A DNA stretch of 64,000 bases from a virus (lineage: Duplodnaviria; Caudoviricetes). This document shows, one piece after another, positions 26,656-36,210 of the stretch. Numbering within the stretch: position 1 is the stretch's first letter; each line of letters starts with the position of its first letter. A program made the translations under genes and the position numbers. Where the stretch lies: positions 4,424-68,423 of the IMG/VR virus record IMGVR_UViG_3300032167_000106. One strand, 5' to 3'. The notes beneath the pieces were generated by a model, which worked only from the letters and a program-made list of their open reading frames with translations, searched no databases and had not been told where the DNA came from.

Positions 26656-27194
26656 GGATCTGGAAATGGCTGAAAGAAAGATGGCGGTGGTACATCCTCG
26701 GGCGATACCATTGCGACCGTTGCCCCTACGCCTGGGAAGAAAGGTATTACGAAGGTGACTGCGATTGCGGTTGCGTTATCCGTGGCGACATTCGGGATAC
26801 CTGCAGGCTAATTCCTCCGTTCCGAGGAATTATCGGATGGTTCAAGAGGAACGCCGCTGCCTATTCCGCAGAGCACGAGTACGACGGCCTCGAAGATTGG
26901 ATCGATAAGGATATGGCAGGGGAGAAGGCGATCAAAGAAGCTGTGCGAAAAGGGTTAGGCACTCGCCAAATCTGCTATCAGGACACAGGCGGCTATTGGA
27001 AGCCTGTTGGTGATTTCTACACAGACAGCATTTGCCACACCATCCGTGATGAGTACGATAAGGTTGCCCATCCTATCGTTCATCAGCCTTTGATGCAGAG
27101 ATGGAAGGAACTGCTGAAGGACACTTGGGAGAGATCGCCGTTTTTTAAGATCGTCCCGTATTTTTACCAAAGAAAGAAACGGAGGTATAAGTAA
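26652..27194 (+). CDS. Hypothetical protein with a Cys cluster
   Basis: CDRCPYAW...DCDCGC; ATG 26652. Confidence 0.7.
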   Translation: MRIWKWLKERWRWYILGRYHCDRCPYAWEERYYEGDCDCGCVIRGDIRDTCRLIPPFRGIIGWFKRNAAAYSAEHEYDGLEDWIDKDMAGEKAIKEAVRKGLGTRQICYQDTGGYWKPVGDFYTDSICHTIRDEYDKVAHPIVHQPLMQRWKELLKDTWERSPFFKIVPYFYQRKKRRYK

Positions 27195-27808
27195 TGGAGC
27201 AAGGCAATATCCGGACTGTGCGGTTTATTGGAGAGCAGAGTGCTGAGGATCTGTACAGGTGCGAAGAAACCGGGCGTGTGTATGTTCGTCAGCGGTGCGA
27301 CGACAAGTTCGTCCGGTGGCTTACATCAATCAAGTGGAGAGGCGGATACGAAGCTGACTGCTGCCTAAAAGAAGGGCTGATCCTCCGTATCGTTGACAAG
27401 AATAAACAGGTGTTATTCGAGGAAACGATTGTCAAAGTTGGCGGTTGCCCCGATACAGTAGCTTACAAAGCCGCTCCGTTCTCCGATGAGGCAATTAAAA
27501 ATGCCGCAAAGGATATTGCGGCGAGATACAAACTGAGATCTTACAATGAATGGAAGACTCGTTTGATGAGATCTGCACGGGAACATAAGTTCACCGGGTA
27601 TTCCGACAACTGGTGCTATGCCGAAGTTAAATACCGCAAGGTTAGAACATTGTTCCCGGTCGAGTATCTCGGCGTAACTGCTTATTGCACAGAGCAAGAA
27701 GCTACACATAAAGTAAGTGGACAGAAATGGACTTGCGTAGAGATCCGGGATGAAAAGAAAGAAATAGTCCTTGAGATCTGCGGATACATTTTGGAGGAGG
27801 AAGTATGA
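27194..27808 (+). CDS. Hypothetical protein
   Basis: TAATG overlap; RBS GGAGGT. Confidence 0.7.
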   Translation: MEQGNIRTVRFIGEQSAEDLYRCEETGRVYVRQRCDDKFVRWLTSIKWRGGYEADCCLKEGLILRIVDKNKQVLFEETIVKVGGCPDTVAYKAAPFSDEAIKNAAKDIAARYKLRSYNEWKTRLMRSAREHKFTGYSDNWCYAEVKYRKVRTLFPVEYLGVTAYCTEQEATHKVSGQKWTCVEIRDEKKEIVLEICGYILEEEV

Positions 27809-28134
27809 TTAAGTTTACACACCTTGGCGTTGAGTATGAAATGACCGAGCAACAGATCGAGGCAGCGTTCCGCTACCAGACGAGACAGTATATGAAGGAG
27901 GATGCCAAGAGTCAGATCGACCAGTTCATCTACGGAGATGATCCCGCCAACCTGAGCCAGATTGACCGTGAAATGCAAGAGGAGTATTTCAAGGGACAAT
28001 ACGGTATGGATCCTGCCGAAGTATACGAGCTGATCGACAAGATCCTTGATCGCTACGATAAGGTGGAGAGCTGTGATGTCGACGAAAATACGACTTGGCA
28101 GAACGCAATCCGTGAGGTACTGACCGAGGAATGA
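27805..28134 (+). CDS. Hypothetical protein
   Basis: RBS GGAGGAGG. Confidence 0.7.
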   Translation: MIKFTHLGVEYEMTEQQIEAAFRYQTRQYMKEDAKSQIDQFIYGDDPANLSQIDREMQEEYFKGQYGMDPAEVYELIDKILDRYDKVESCDVDENTTWQNAIREVLTEE

Positions 28135-28183
28135 TGCGGTTTTATTGACACCGAAAAATCTTTCGTTTTTTCCGTATTTCCTA

Positions 28184-28211
28184 TTGACTTAGGTGGTAGG
28201 TATTGTATCGT
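28184..28211 (+). promoter_or_regulatory. Repeated phage promoter P5
   Basis: TTGACT-TAGGTGGTAGGTATTG-TATCGT. Confidence 0.8.
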
Positions 28212-28249
28212 AAAGTTACGGAAACCACATAGAAAGTGAGCTGAAATGT

Positions 28250-28444
28250 ATGAACATCGAACAGTTTATGGAGTATTTGCACCAGAATTTCACGATCGAC
28301 CGGGCGACGAGTAGCTTGATCCGAAACATCCTCGATTATGCCCGGACTTTCGTTGCGGAGGACCAGCAATACGAGTTCTTATGCAAGACCCTGGATGGAA
28401 CGATCGGCCTGTCTGACCGAGAAATCCGGATGATCTGTTTGTAA
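28250..28444 (+). CDS. Hypothetical protein, first gene after P5
   Basis: ORF track. Confidence 0.65.
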   Translation: MNIEQFMEYLHQNFTIDRATSSLIRNILDYARTFVAEDQQYEFLCKTLDGTIGLSDREIRMICL

Positions 28445-28456
28445 GGGGGGCTGAAT

Positions 28457-28711
28457 ATGGAAAGACAGTGGAGACTGGATGATGACCTGATAACGAAGGA
28501 CAACCTGCTTGACGGCATCACCTTCGACGATGTGATCCTGGCACTGCACACGGAACGGGTGATCGACCCCGCTTCTGCTGAACGGGTTCTCAAAGAAACC
28601 TTGGAGATCCGCCTGCAGGATATGAGGCACCTTTTCCAGAACAACATCGACCTGATAATCGCCAAAGCGAAAGAGGGTCGAGCAGAGTACGAAGGCCAGG
28701 GAGGTGAATGA
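28457..28711 (+). CDS. Hypothetical protein
   Basis: RBS AAGGGGGG. Confidence 0.7.
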   Translation: MERQWRLDDDLITKDNLLDGITFDDVILALHTERVIDPASAERVLKETLEIRLQDMRHLFQNNIDLIIAKAKEGRAEYEGQGGE

Positions 28712-29274
28712 TCGTGCTGAAACCCGGCATTTACCACGCCAGCAATGACGAGAGCATCTGGAACGCATACGATGTAAAGATGGAGGTCAAGGAAACCGAT
28801 AAGTCGTACATCTTCGAGCTGGTCAGTTTGGAGAGCCACTATGCGGCTGACCACATCAAGATGCTTTTCAAGAAGTCCAACCGCTTCGTTCTCCGGAAGG
28901 ATCAGGGCGGTCACGCAATGCGGGTATGGGACGATACGCACTTCACGATCTACCCGTTCCAGGCCGGCATCCCGTACTATTTCAAGATGGAGCCTGAAAC
29001 AGACCGGTTCAAAAAGCTCTGCGATGATTTCAGCAAACGGAGACCCGTCGGAAAGCCTACCGGCAGATGTTTTTGGTTCACCACGGAGTTCACGAGCGGA
29101 TCTCAGTCGCTCAACGACCTGCTCCGAAAGTATTTGATCGACCGTGGCTTCCAGTATTTGAATACCCTGAACGGTGATGTATGGTTTCTGTTCCAGGGTG
29201 AATGGAGAATGTGCGAGTTCAAGTGTGATGGCAACAAAGTTGATGTCTATATGCTTGAGTTCGATCTCGGTTAG
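28708..29274 (+). CDS. Hypothetical protein
   Basis: RBS GGAGGTG. Confidence 0.7.
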   Translation: MIVLKPGIYHASNDESIWNAYDVKMEVKETDKSYIFELVSLESHYAADHIKMLFKKSNRFVLRKDQGGHAMRVWDDTHFTIYPFQAGIPYYFKMEPETDRFKKLCDDFSKRRPVGKPTGRCFWFTTEFTSGSQSLNDLLRKYLIDRGFQYLNTLNGDVWFLFQGEWRMCEFKCDGNKVDVYMLEFDLG

Positions 29275-29282
29275 GAGGCAAT

Positions 29283-29546
29283 ATGAAAATTGCGTACAGA
29301 CACAGCAGTACACCCGAAGCGGTGAAGATCCACGACACAGAAAAGTCACTGAAAGGCTGCGAAGGCTTTATCCGGTCGCTGGGTGGAGATCCCAAACAGG
29401 AAGACTGGGATAAGCGAGAGCTTGAGCGATTCCTAAGTGATGTAGCGAAGGGTGTTATCCTTGATTACTGGATTGTAGAAGGTGTGTACAGACCTGACTT
29501 GTCCCACCTGTGGAAGGAGTGCGAGGATGAAACATCCGTGTCTTGA
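29283..29546 (+). CDS. Hypothetical protein
   Basis: RBS AGGAGG. Confidence 0.7.
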   Translation: MKIAYRHSSTPEAVKIHDTEKSLKGCEGFIRSLGGDPKQEDWDKRELERFLSDVAKGVILDYWIVEGVYRPDLSHLWKECEDETSVS

Positions 29547-29712
29547 ATGTGGGCTCCGGTACAGTAGCTACTGTATGGGGTGCGAGAATAAGCCCTTCGG
29601 CATCGGACAGATACCGATCATAGAGCCTGCTCCCCGGAAGAATAAACGCAAAGATGCAAATAAGAATGGTCAAACTTGCACTTTTGCTGAGAAAGATTGT
29701 AAGTATAGTTAG
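29527..29712 (+). CDS. Small Cys-rich protein
   Basis: MKHPCLECG...CMGC. Confidence 0.55.
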   Translation: MKHPCLECGLRYSSYCMGCENKPFGIGQIPIIEPAPRKNKRKDANKNGQTCTFAEKDCKYS

Positions 29713-29729
29713 AATAAAGAGGTAATGAA

Positions 29730-30071
29730 ATGGCAAGAGGTCGTCAACAAAGATGGGTCTGTATGGACTGCAAGGGTGAGTTTTCGGTTCAAGGAAATAC
29801 TCCCCGGCTTTGCTGTTCCTGCGGATCTGGCAATATTGGCAGAGCACCCAGCTATGAGCTTGCCGTTAATTTTGCGGAGAAACGAAAAGAACTGGGTGCC
29901 ATCTGCCTGGAGCTGAACCCGGCCTACGAAAAGGCTATGGGATTGAAAGAGCAGTACGACAAGGTGATGGCGTACTGGAAGCAGCAGAGGAGTCGTGGAT
30001 ACATCACGGCAGAAGAATACGATGTCCTGGCATCCTGTTTTGTCGGATACAAGTCGAAAGATCGGCAGTAA
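29730..30071 (+). CDS. Zinc-ribbon plus coiled-coil protein
   Basis: CMDC...CCSCGS; RBS GAGGT. Confidence 0.7.
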   Translation: MARGRQQRWVCMDCKGEFSVQGNTPRLCCSCGSGNIGRAPSYELAVNFAEKRKELGAICLELNPAYEKAMGLKEQYDKVMAYWKQQRSRGYITAEEYDVLASCFVGYKSKDRQ

Positions 30072-30073
30072 CA

Positions 30074-30130
30074 CCCGAATACAGCGATTTCCACGGATCG
30101 TAGCAATACCTATATCATTCGGTAAATTTC
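30074..30130 (+). repeat. Intergenic repeat family A, copy 5
   Basis: CCCGAATACAGCGATTTCCACGGATCGTAGCAATACCTATATCATTCGG. Confidence 0.85.
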
Positions 30131-30213
30131 CAGCGGCATAGGAGCTGGATTTTTATAGCAGACCAGTTACCAAACGGATATGCTGGCAGAACACAACGGA
30201 AAGGTGGAAGCGA

Positions 30214-30450
30214 TTGAACTATTACGAGATCTATTTGAGAGAAACCGGGAAGCTGGTGGCCAAGGGCACCGCACGGGAGTGCAGAAAGCAGCTTGGATGC
30301 TCCAGCCTTGACAGTTTCTATGCACTCGTCAACCGATCCATCCGAGGGATCAACAAGAAGTACCACGCAATTAAGAAAAAAGGTGGGGAAACGGACTACC
30401 CGGTACTGGGAGCCAATGACCCGATCCACAAACTCAAGGGAGGAACCTGA
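30214..30450 (+). CDS. Small DNA-binding protein (NUMOD1-like HTH)
   Basis: KGTARECRKQLGCSSLDSFY; TTG start. Confidence 0.6.
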   Translation: MNYYEIYLRETGKLVAKGTARECRKQLGCSSLDSFYALVNRSIRGINKKYHAIKKKGGETDYPVLGANDPIHKLKGGT

Positions 30451-30451
30451 A

Positions 30452-30925
30452 ATGATTATGTACGATAAGATCAACCCCGAGCTCGAAGTGATGTTGGACG
30501 AAAATGCGTTCGTGCCCAACCGTGCCCACGCACCCGACGCTGGTATGGACATTTTTTCGCCTGTTGATGTGGACATCCCGGCCCACGGAAGTGCCGAGGT
30601 CAGCACCGGCGTTCACATCAACCTGCCTGTCATCGAAATCGGTGGCGTGTTTATGTATACTGCCGGCCTGCTGAAAAGCAAGAGCGGACTGAATTTCAAG
30701 AACGACATCACAGGCGAGGGCGTCGTGGATGTGGACTACACCGGCAGCATCCGGATCAAGCTGTACAACAACGGCGATAAGGACTACCACATCAACCGGG
30801 GTGATAAGATCACCCAGCTCCTCATTGTACCTGTCCTGACACCTAACCCGAAGGTAGTAGACCAGTTCACAGGCGTCAATCCGAACGGTCGTGGAGACGG
30901 CGGCTTCGGAAGCACCGGTCGATAA
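30452..30925 (+). CDS. dut: Trimeric dUTPase
   Basis: AGMDI, KSGL, GVVDVDYTG, GDKITQLL, RGDGGFGSTG motifs. Confidence 0.95.
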   Translation: MIMYDKINPELEVMLDENAFVPNRAHAPDAGMDIFSPVDVDIPAHGSAEVSTGVHINLPVIEIGGVFMYTAGLLKSKSGLNFKNDITGEGVVDVDYTGSIRIKLYNNGDKDYHINRGDKITQLLIVPVLTPNPKVVDQFTGVNPNGRGDGGFGSTGR

Positions 30926-30936
30926 GGAGGAGCGAT

Positions 30937-31305
30937 ATGCCGAGACACAGCTATACCTATCCTGAGCGGATGATAAAGACCGATGAAGGCAAGGCTGTGT
31001 ATGCCATCTGGAGGCGTGTACGGCACAATGCCTGCGATGCGTTCCAGGCGTACCCGGACTTCTTTGAATGGGCTGTCGGGAGCGGGTATGTGCTTGGTGC
31101 TCGGCTCCGCAGACTCGATGAAACCATAGAATATCGCCCGGACAACTGTTCGTTCTTGCCGAGCTTCGAGGGAAGAAAGCCACTGACACTCGATGAGCGG
31201 GTCCGGGCGAATGAGTGGAACAAGACGGTGAACAAGATCCGCAGAGCATACGGAATGAAGCCGTTTGAAACCTTTACCGATGAGGAGGTCAGACAAGTTG
31301 GCTAA
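30937..31305 (+). CDS. Hypothetical protein resembling a degenerate HNH/AP2-associated domain
   Basis: YPDFFEWA...LRRLDETIEYRPDNC. Confidence 0.55.
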   Translation: MPRHSYTYPERMIKTDEGKAVYAIWRRVRHNACDAFQAYPDFFEWAVGSGYVLGARLRRLDETIEYRPDNCSFLPSFEGRKPLTLDERVRANEWNKTVNKIRRAYGMKPFETFTDEEVRQVG

Positions 31306-31657
31306 GCAAAGATTTAGGAATACCGATATTCCTTATGCACAGCGGATGCTGATGCAGAAATGCCAGACTATCGCAGAACATCGTGATGACGCTGCCAAGG
31401 TTGCCCTGCAAGTCGCCTGTGTCGCCCTGAACGACACAGAAGGCTTGGGCTATCAGCGGTTGTCCAAGTTCGCAAAACGGCTGCAGGAGCTGTTGCACGA
31501 ATACTACGCAGATCCTGAAGTGGGAGAGGCTCACCTGCATCAGCGACTGGAGCAGTTGGGCTTCAAGATCGTCAATGGGCGGATGTTTGCGGTCGAGGAT
31601 GCCGAGGGAAACATCGTCCCCACAAAGATGCTCGGCAAGGATCCCGGCAATGTGTAG
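31298..31657 (+). CDS. Hypothetical protein
   Basis: TTG start after GAGGAGG. Confidence 0.65.
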   Translation: MAKQRFRNTDIPYAQRMLMQKCQTIAEHRDDAAKVALQVACVALNDTEGLGYQRLSKFAKRLQELLHEYYADPEVGEAHLHQRLEQLGFKIVNGRMFAVEDAEGNIVPTKMLGKDPGNV

Positions 31658-31895
31658 CAAGTGTCTGTGCCAGTTCTGTGCGTACAACTGCGAGTTGCAT
31701 CCGATGTATACGACCCCGAGGGAGGTTGACCACTGCTGCTTCACCTGCGATGAGTGCAGGCACTACGACGGAGACACCCAGAAGCGGAGCCAATGGAGGA
31801 CAGAATGTCCGAAATATCGGGAGGCAGCCAAACGAGCTGAACACCGTGCGAATATAGCAAGATCGAAGCTGACGGTGGTAGGAGGTAAGAAATGA
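31650..31895 (+). CDS. Cys-rich small protein
   Basis: MCSKCLCQFCAYNC...CCFTCDEC...C. Confidence 0.65.
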   Translation: MCSKCLCQFCAYNCELHPMYTTPREVDHCCFTCDECRHYDGDTQKRSQWRTECPKYREAAKRAEHRANIARSKLTVVGGKK

Positions 31896-32170
31896 GCGTA
31901 AAAAAGGAAGCAAAAAGCTGTTATAATTGCCGCTATTTCGCAAAGCTGGAGAAGCCCTACGAAAGATCCGACGGTGCCGTGATCTATGGATACTGCTTCG
32001 TGAAAGGCGATAAAGACTATTCCCCGAATATGGGAAAGGGGCTTGCGGTGTTCATTGACGGCGGCTGCTGCGATGAACACAAAGGCCCGAAGAAAGAAAA
32101 GGAGGATGGTTCTTATGACCCCGTTAGAAGCATGGAGCGTTATCTCACGGAACTTGGCAAAACTGTATAG
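31892..32170 (+). CDS. Cys-containing small protein
   Basis: SCYNCRYF; RBS GGAGGT. Confidence 0.65.
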   Translation: MSVKKEAKSCYNCRYFAKLEKPYERSDGAVIYGYCFVKGDKDYSPNMGKGLAVFIDGGCCDEHKGPKKEKEDGSYDPVRSMERYLTELGKTV

Positions 32171-32492
32171 CCTGTGCCGAACACCTCACTGCAAAGGCTA
32201 TGTCCCGACGGATACTGAAGCTGAGGTAATCGCATTTAAGGCATTACAGGAAATGCAGGAGCGGCAGTACCCGAAACCGTTGACGGTGGATCAGTTGAAA
32301 GAAATGGTTGACGAACCTGTATGGGTGCAGCCTCCTGAAATGCCCGAGCATGGTAGATGGGGCATTGTCGAAAGTGCCGGCGAATATGACGGCGACAAGG
32401 TGCTTTGGCTCCATAACGACTATACCTGCCACTACCTTGGAAAGTCCTGGGTGGCATACAAACATAAACCGAAGGAGGTCAACGATGTTTGA
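32115..32492 (+). CDS. Hypothetical protein
   Basis: RBS GGAGGA, ATG 32115. Confidence 0.65.
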   Translation: MTPLEAWSVISRNLAKLYSLCRTPHCKGYVPTDTEAEVIAFKALQEMQERQYPKPLTVDQLKEMVDEPVWVQPPEMPEHGRWGIVESAGEYDGDKVLWLHNDYTCHYLGKSWVAYKHKPKEVNDV

Positions 32493-32664
32493 GGTTATTC
32501 ACGAACCCACCGGAAAGATATTCACGGTGTACGAAGTTCACGGGGATATGTTCCTGATATACGGAATGGTAGAAAGTGATGATGCTCTTTGCTGGAGATC
32601 TGTCCCTATGGAGGACTGCGTACCGATCGGAGGTGAGCGAGGATGCACAACGAGGGCTCGGTGA
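32485..32664 (+). CDS. Hypothetical protein
   Basis: RBS AAGGAGGT. Confidence 0.65.
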   Translation: MFEVIHEPTGKIFTVYEVHGDMFLIYGMVESDDALCWRSVPMEDCVPIGGERGCTTRAR

Positions 32665-32787
32665 TCCAACTGTCGCCCCGGCAGGCGGCGTTGGCACTGA
32701 TCTACACCTTGCTCGATGAGAACCTGACACCGGAACAGCGTGAGCGGATCCGGATCGGCTGGAACGAATATGCAAGGAGGCACAACA

Positions 32788-33063
32788 ATGCCAGAAAATG
32801 AAAAGATCCTGTGCTCGGACAGTAGTTGCCGGTTTAATGTCGGCGGCGGATATTACGGTGTTTGCCATCACCCGGCTCAGCTTGCACCGCACTACACCGG
32901 CGGCATTGACCGCCTGTACAGAAGCTCCTGCAAGGCACGGGAGCCCAGAAGCTCCAAGGTAGTGGTTATGGGTGGGATGCGAGGCGGTGGAAAGACTGCT
33001 ATGATCGAAGCCATCGAGAAGGCGTTTAAGGAGGCGGAGTATGATCGAACTAAGACTGACTGA
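32788..33063 (+). CDS. Hypothetical protein
   Basis: RBS AAGGAGG, ATG 32788. Confidence 0.6.
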   Translation: MPENEKILCSDSSCRFNVGGGYYGVCHHPAQLAPHYTGGIDRLYRSSCKAREPRSSKVVVMGGMRGGGKTAMIEAIEKAFKEAEYDRTKTD

Positions 33064-33385
33064 AGAACAGGCGAACATCGTTTCGTCTGCTTGCGAGTTT
33101 TACGCAAGGATCCTGATGGGACAGTTTCAAGAAATCCCAAGGATTTGCCCCGGCACTCAACTGCTTTGCAACCACAAGGAGATACAGGATGCGTGGCTGA
33201 ACCTGCGTAGCTATATCTACCACGATTTGGGTGGACCTGGTCATAGTTACGGGATCGGAAAATTTCCGCAGGCAGATAAGGCATACGATGTCCATCAGGT
33301 TATCCGATATACTATGGGCGGAAAGGAACCGTTTAGTTATTACCAGCTCCCGAAGTGCAGAAAGGTGGCAGATACCAATGATTGA
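33041..33385 (+). CDS. Hypothetical protein
   Basis: RBS GGCGGAG. Confidence 0.7.
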   Translation: MIELRLTEEQANIVSSACEFYARILMGQFQEIPRICPGTQLLCNHKEIQDAWLNLRSYIYHDLGGPGHSYGIGKFPQADKAYDVHQVIRYTMGGKEPFSYYQLPKCRKVADTND

Positions 33386-33770
33386 AAAGACTGGCGACCT
33401 GATAGAACGGGACTGGCTGCTCGGAGAAATCGAACATGACCTGAAATGCTTTGAGATCGACGGCAAGAAACCGGGAATATTGCTGGCCAACCTTTCGCAG
33501 ATCGTAAAGATGATCGTGTCAGCTCCGAAGGTGCCGGCTATTCGCATCCCGTGCGTAGAAGGTGACGCTGTTTGGATGATCCGGAGCTACCACGGCATCA
33601 AGCATCCTCAACAAGGAGTTGTGTCCGAACTGATGGTTACTCGGGATCTACGCCTTATGATTACCGTCAAGCACATCGGCAGAGGAGAATGGGGCAAAGA
33701 GATCTTCCGTACATACCAGGAAGCAGATGATGCAATCCGAAAACAGAACACAATTTTCAGGGAGGACTGA
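33378..33770 (+). CDS. Hypothetical protein
   Basis: ATG 33378, overlap. Confidence 0.7.
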   Translation: MIEKTGDLIERDWLLGEIEHDLKCFEIDGKKPGILLANLSQIVKMIVSAPKVPAIRIPCVEGDAVWMIRSYHGIKHPQQGVVSELMVTRDLRLMITVKHIGRGEWGKEIFRTYQEADDAIRKQNTIFRED

Positions 33771-33772
33771 AC

Positions 33773-33970
33773 ATGAGATGGAAACAAGGTGACCGCTTTT
33801 CCTACATCCGTATGTGCGGAGGGTGGGGAAACGGAACGGTTCTTGAAGTTAAAGAAGATAGAATTGTTGGGAGACTTGATTGTCAAAAAGAGGGAGAAAC
33901 CTACCAATTCCACGCTTCTGACCCGTATTTCGTCAAAGGGGAAATGAAGAATCCAACCAACCGCTTTTGA
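33773..33970 (+). CDS. Hypothetical protein
   Basis: RBS GGGAGG. Confidence 0.6.
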   Translation: MRWKQGDRFSYIRMCGGWGNGTVLEVKEDRIVGRLDCQKEGETYQFHASDPYFVKGEMKNPTNRF

Positions 33971-33992
33971 GAGGGAAGGAGGGCGAAAGCGA

Positions 33993-34289
33993 ATGTTAGA
34001 AAAATGCCCGTTCCGAAAAGGCGATATTCTCAGGAATGATTGGGCCGGGGACGAAAGCCCGATCAAATACACGATGTTTGTCGGGTGCGGTACGATCAAA
34101 CAGGGGCGGTTCACAACCAAATCCTATGACTGCATCGCCTACAATGGTGCGAAAGTCCAGCATTTGCGACACGACCACCGCCTTGTAAAGGTTGGCCATA
34201 TCGACGAGTTCGATGCGTTTATGAGTGTACTGAAAAAACTGAAAGGATGGGACGGGAATGAAAGTCAAGACGAAAAGGCCGGCGGGTAA
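33993..34289 (+). CDS. Hypothetical protein
   Basis: RBS AAGGAGG. Confidence 0.7.
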   Translation: MLEKCPFRKGDILRNDWAGDESPIKYTMFVGCGTIKQGRFTTKSYDCIAYNGAKVQHLRHDHRLVKVGHIDEFDAFMSVLKKLKGWDGNESQDEKAGG

Positions 34290-34440
34290 AGCCAAGCGTG
34301 TTTACCGCCGCAAATGCGGTGTATGCGGGTTCGTCCACGAGCAGTCCAAGATGATCCGAACGGATCTGTCGCCGAATGGTTGGATCTGTCGGCATTGCTG
34401 GCAAGAAAACAACGATCCTGAATGGGAGGAAGAAGTATGA
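34258..34440 (+). CDS. Small zinc-finger protein
   Basis: CGVC...CRHC. Confidence 0.6.
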   Translation: MKVKTKRPAGKAKRVYRRKCGVCGFVHEQSKMIRTDLSPNGWICRHCWQENNDPEWEEEV

Positions 34441-35123
34441 AATCTGTTTTGATTAGCATCCAGCCGTACTGGGTGTTTTTAATCATCGCAAAAGCGATGG
34501 GTTGGAAGGTTGACAAAGAAAAGACAATCGAGGTCAGGAAGAACCTGCCCAAGGATGCGAACTGGGATAAGACTGTCAAAATATATTGCAGCAAAGACAA
34601 GCGGTCCTTTTCACTGATACCGAAAGAGTATCAGCCTGCAATGAGGGAGCTCCTTGGCAAAGTCGTTGGCGAATTTGTATGCCCCCTTATTGACAGATAT
34701 GAGTTCGACTGGTGTGACCATCCTGAGCTCGGGATCTCCGGAGATGGAGGGGATAATTGGTATTGCATCGACGATGATGATCTGAAAAAGACCTGCATCC
34801 CTGAGATCGACTTTTACGCATACGGCAGCAGAGAGGATCTGTACGGGTGGCACATTGCTGATTTGAAGATCTACGACGACCCGAAACCGTTGTGGATGTT
34901 TATGAAGTGCGGTGCCCCGTCAGAAAAGGAACTCGACGAGGAGCTTTGCAGCTACTGTGAGCAAACGGAATGGGGAGAAAGAAGATCCTACGGAACTCCG
35001 ACCGGCCCCGTTATGTGCGAGGGAGCTTTCTGTGGTCAGGCATACGATCTGTATCTGGACGAACATTTTACCCTCAAGAGACCGCCCCAGAGCTGGTGCT
35101 ATGTGGAGGAAGTGAAATTATGA
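34437..35123 (+). CDS. ASCH/PUA-like domain protein
   Basis: MKSVLISIQP...KTIEVRK...KVVGEF...HIADLKIY...RPPQSWCYV. Confidence 0.75.
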   Translation: MKSVLISIQPYWVFLIIAKAMGWKVDKEKTIEVRKNLPKDANWDKTVKIYCSKDKRSFSLIPKEYQPAMRELLGKVVGEFVCPLIDRYEFDWCDHPELGISGDGGDNWYCIDDDDLKKTCIPEIDFYAYGSREDLYGWHIADLKIYDDPKPLWMFMKCGAPSEKELDEELCSYCEQTEWGERRSYGTPTGPVMCEGAFCGQAYDLYLDEHFTLKRPPQSWCYVEEVKL

Positions 35124-35389
35124 CATATACAGAAAAGACTGCGGTTGACGCCAAGGAAGAACTGCCACGGCTTTTTGGAGAGTTCGCTGATGGGACATAC
35201 AGCAGTAATGGAACAATCATTGATGGCACCAGGGTTGATGATGTCGTGGATCACCTTGTTTCCAACGGAGTAAGGATACCGGTGCTATGTAAAGAATGTG
35301 TCTACCGGTTTGAGCGGACGAACTGCCGAGGTCGAGGCCCTGATTTCTTCTGTGCTGACGGAAAGAAACGAAAGGGGTGTTTGCGATGA
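35120..35389 (+). CDS. Hypothetical protein
   Basis: ATG 35120; C-terminal CKEC...C...FC. Confidence 0.65.
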   Translation: MTYTEKTAVDAKEELPRLFGEFADGTYSSNGTIIDGTRVDDVVDHLVSNGVRIPVLCKECVYRFERTNCRGRGPDFFCADGKKRKGCLR

Positions 35390-35568
35390 TTGACAGAAAG
35401 AGATGCTGCTGTAACTGTGGCAACTGTGAGCGGATCGACAAGGGAACATACAAAGAAAACCGATGTACCATCGACGGGCGGTACATCGGATACATCGAAA
35501 CTTTTGAGAGATGGTGCAAGCATTGGTGCAAAGACCACACATTTGATGAGATGGAGGCTCCGAAATGA
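35386..35568 (+). CDS. Small Cys-rich protein
   Basis: CCCNCGNC...WCKHWC. Confidence 0.6.
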   Translation: MIDRKRCCCNCGNCERIDKGTYKENRCTIDGRYIGYIETFERWCKHWCKDHTFDEMEAPK

Positions 35569-35975
35569 AAGCGTGGATCGTAAGAGAAAAGGATGAATTT
35601 AGTGCCGCCGTCGTTTTTGCGGAAACGAGAGGTCAGGCAAAGTATCTGGCGAGGCTCACAGATGCCTGCGAAGATGTTCCGTACACCAGGATCGAGGCAA
35701 TTCGCATCCCGTCGGTGGACAAGTATTACAAAGAGGGTATGACTTGGCTTGACTGGCGAGACCAGAAAGACCGGCTGATTATGGTCAAGGAGTGCGGATT
35801 TACCTGCGACCACGACTCGTTCTACGCCGGCCTGGAAGACTGCCACGAATGTCAGTCGAGAGAGTATTGCGATATGTACCAATGTCGATTTGGAGAAGAT
35901 AAGGAGGATCTCGATGGAGAAGACAGCGTGGCTGATCGTGAGCACCGGGCAGGAACCGGTTCCCGTCCCTGCTGA
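35565..35975 (+). CDS. Hypothetical protein
   Basis: RBS GGAGG. Confidence 0.7.
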   Translation: MKAWIVREKDEFSAAVVFAETRGQAKYLARLTDACEDVPYTRIEAIRIPSVDKYYKEGMTWLDWRDQKDRLIMVKECGFTCDHDSFYAGLEDCHECQSREYCDMYQCRFGEDKEDLDGEDSVADREHRAGTGSRPC

Positions 35976-36210
35976 TGGCAAACTTGTAATTGACGCTGCG
36001 TCAGTCCTGCTTGCAAGGGTAGGCGACCCTGTATTTGTGGCAGGAGGCCGGTACAGAGCCGGCAGGATCGAATACTGGATTAACGCAGGGAAATTCAGGC
36101 TTTCGGATGCCGGCAAGATCGGCGACACCATTTTCTTCAATGTAGAAGATGCCGAAAGGCGGATTGCAGAGTGGAAGGAGCGTAACTATGACCCCACATA
36201 CGACAAATGA
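35914..36210 (+). CDS. Hypothetical protein
   Basis: RBS AAGGAGG, ATG 35914. Confidence 0.6.
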   Translation: MEKTAWLIVSTGQEPVPVPADGKLVIDAASVLLARVGDPVFVAGGRYRAGRIEYWINAGKFRLSDAGKIGDTIFFNVEDAERRIAEWKERNYDPTYDK

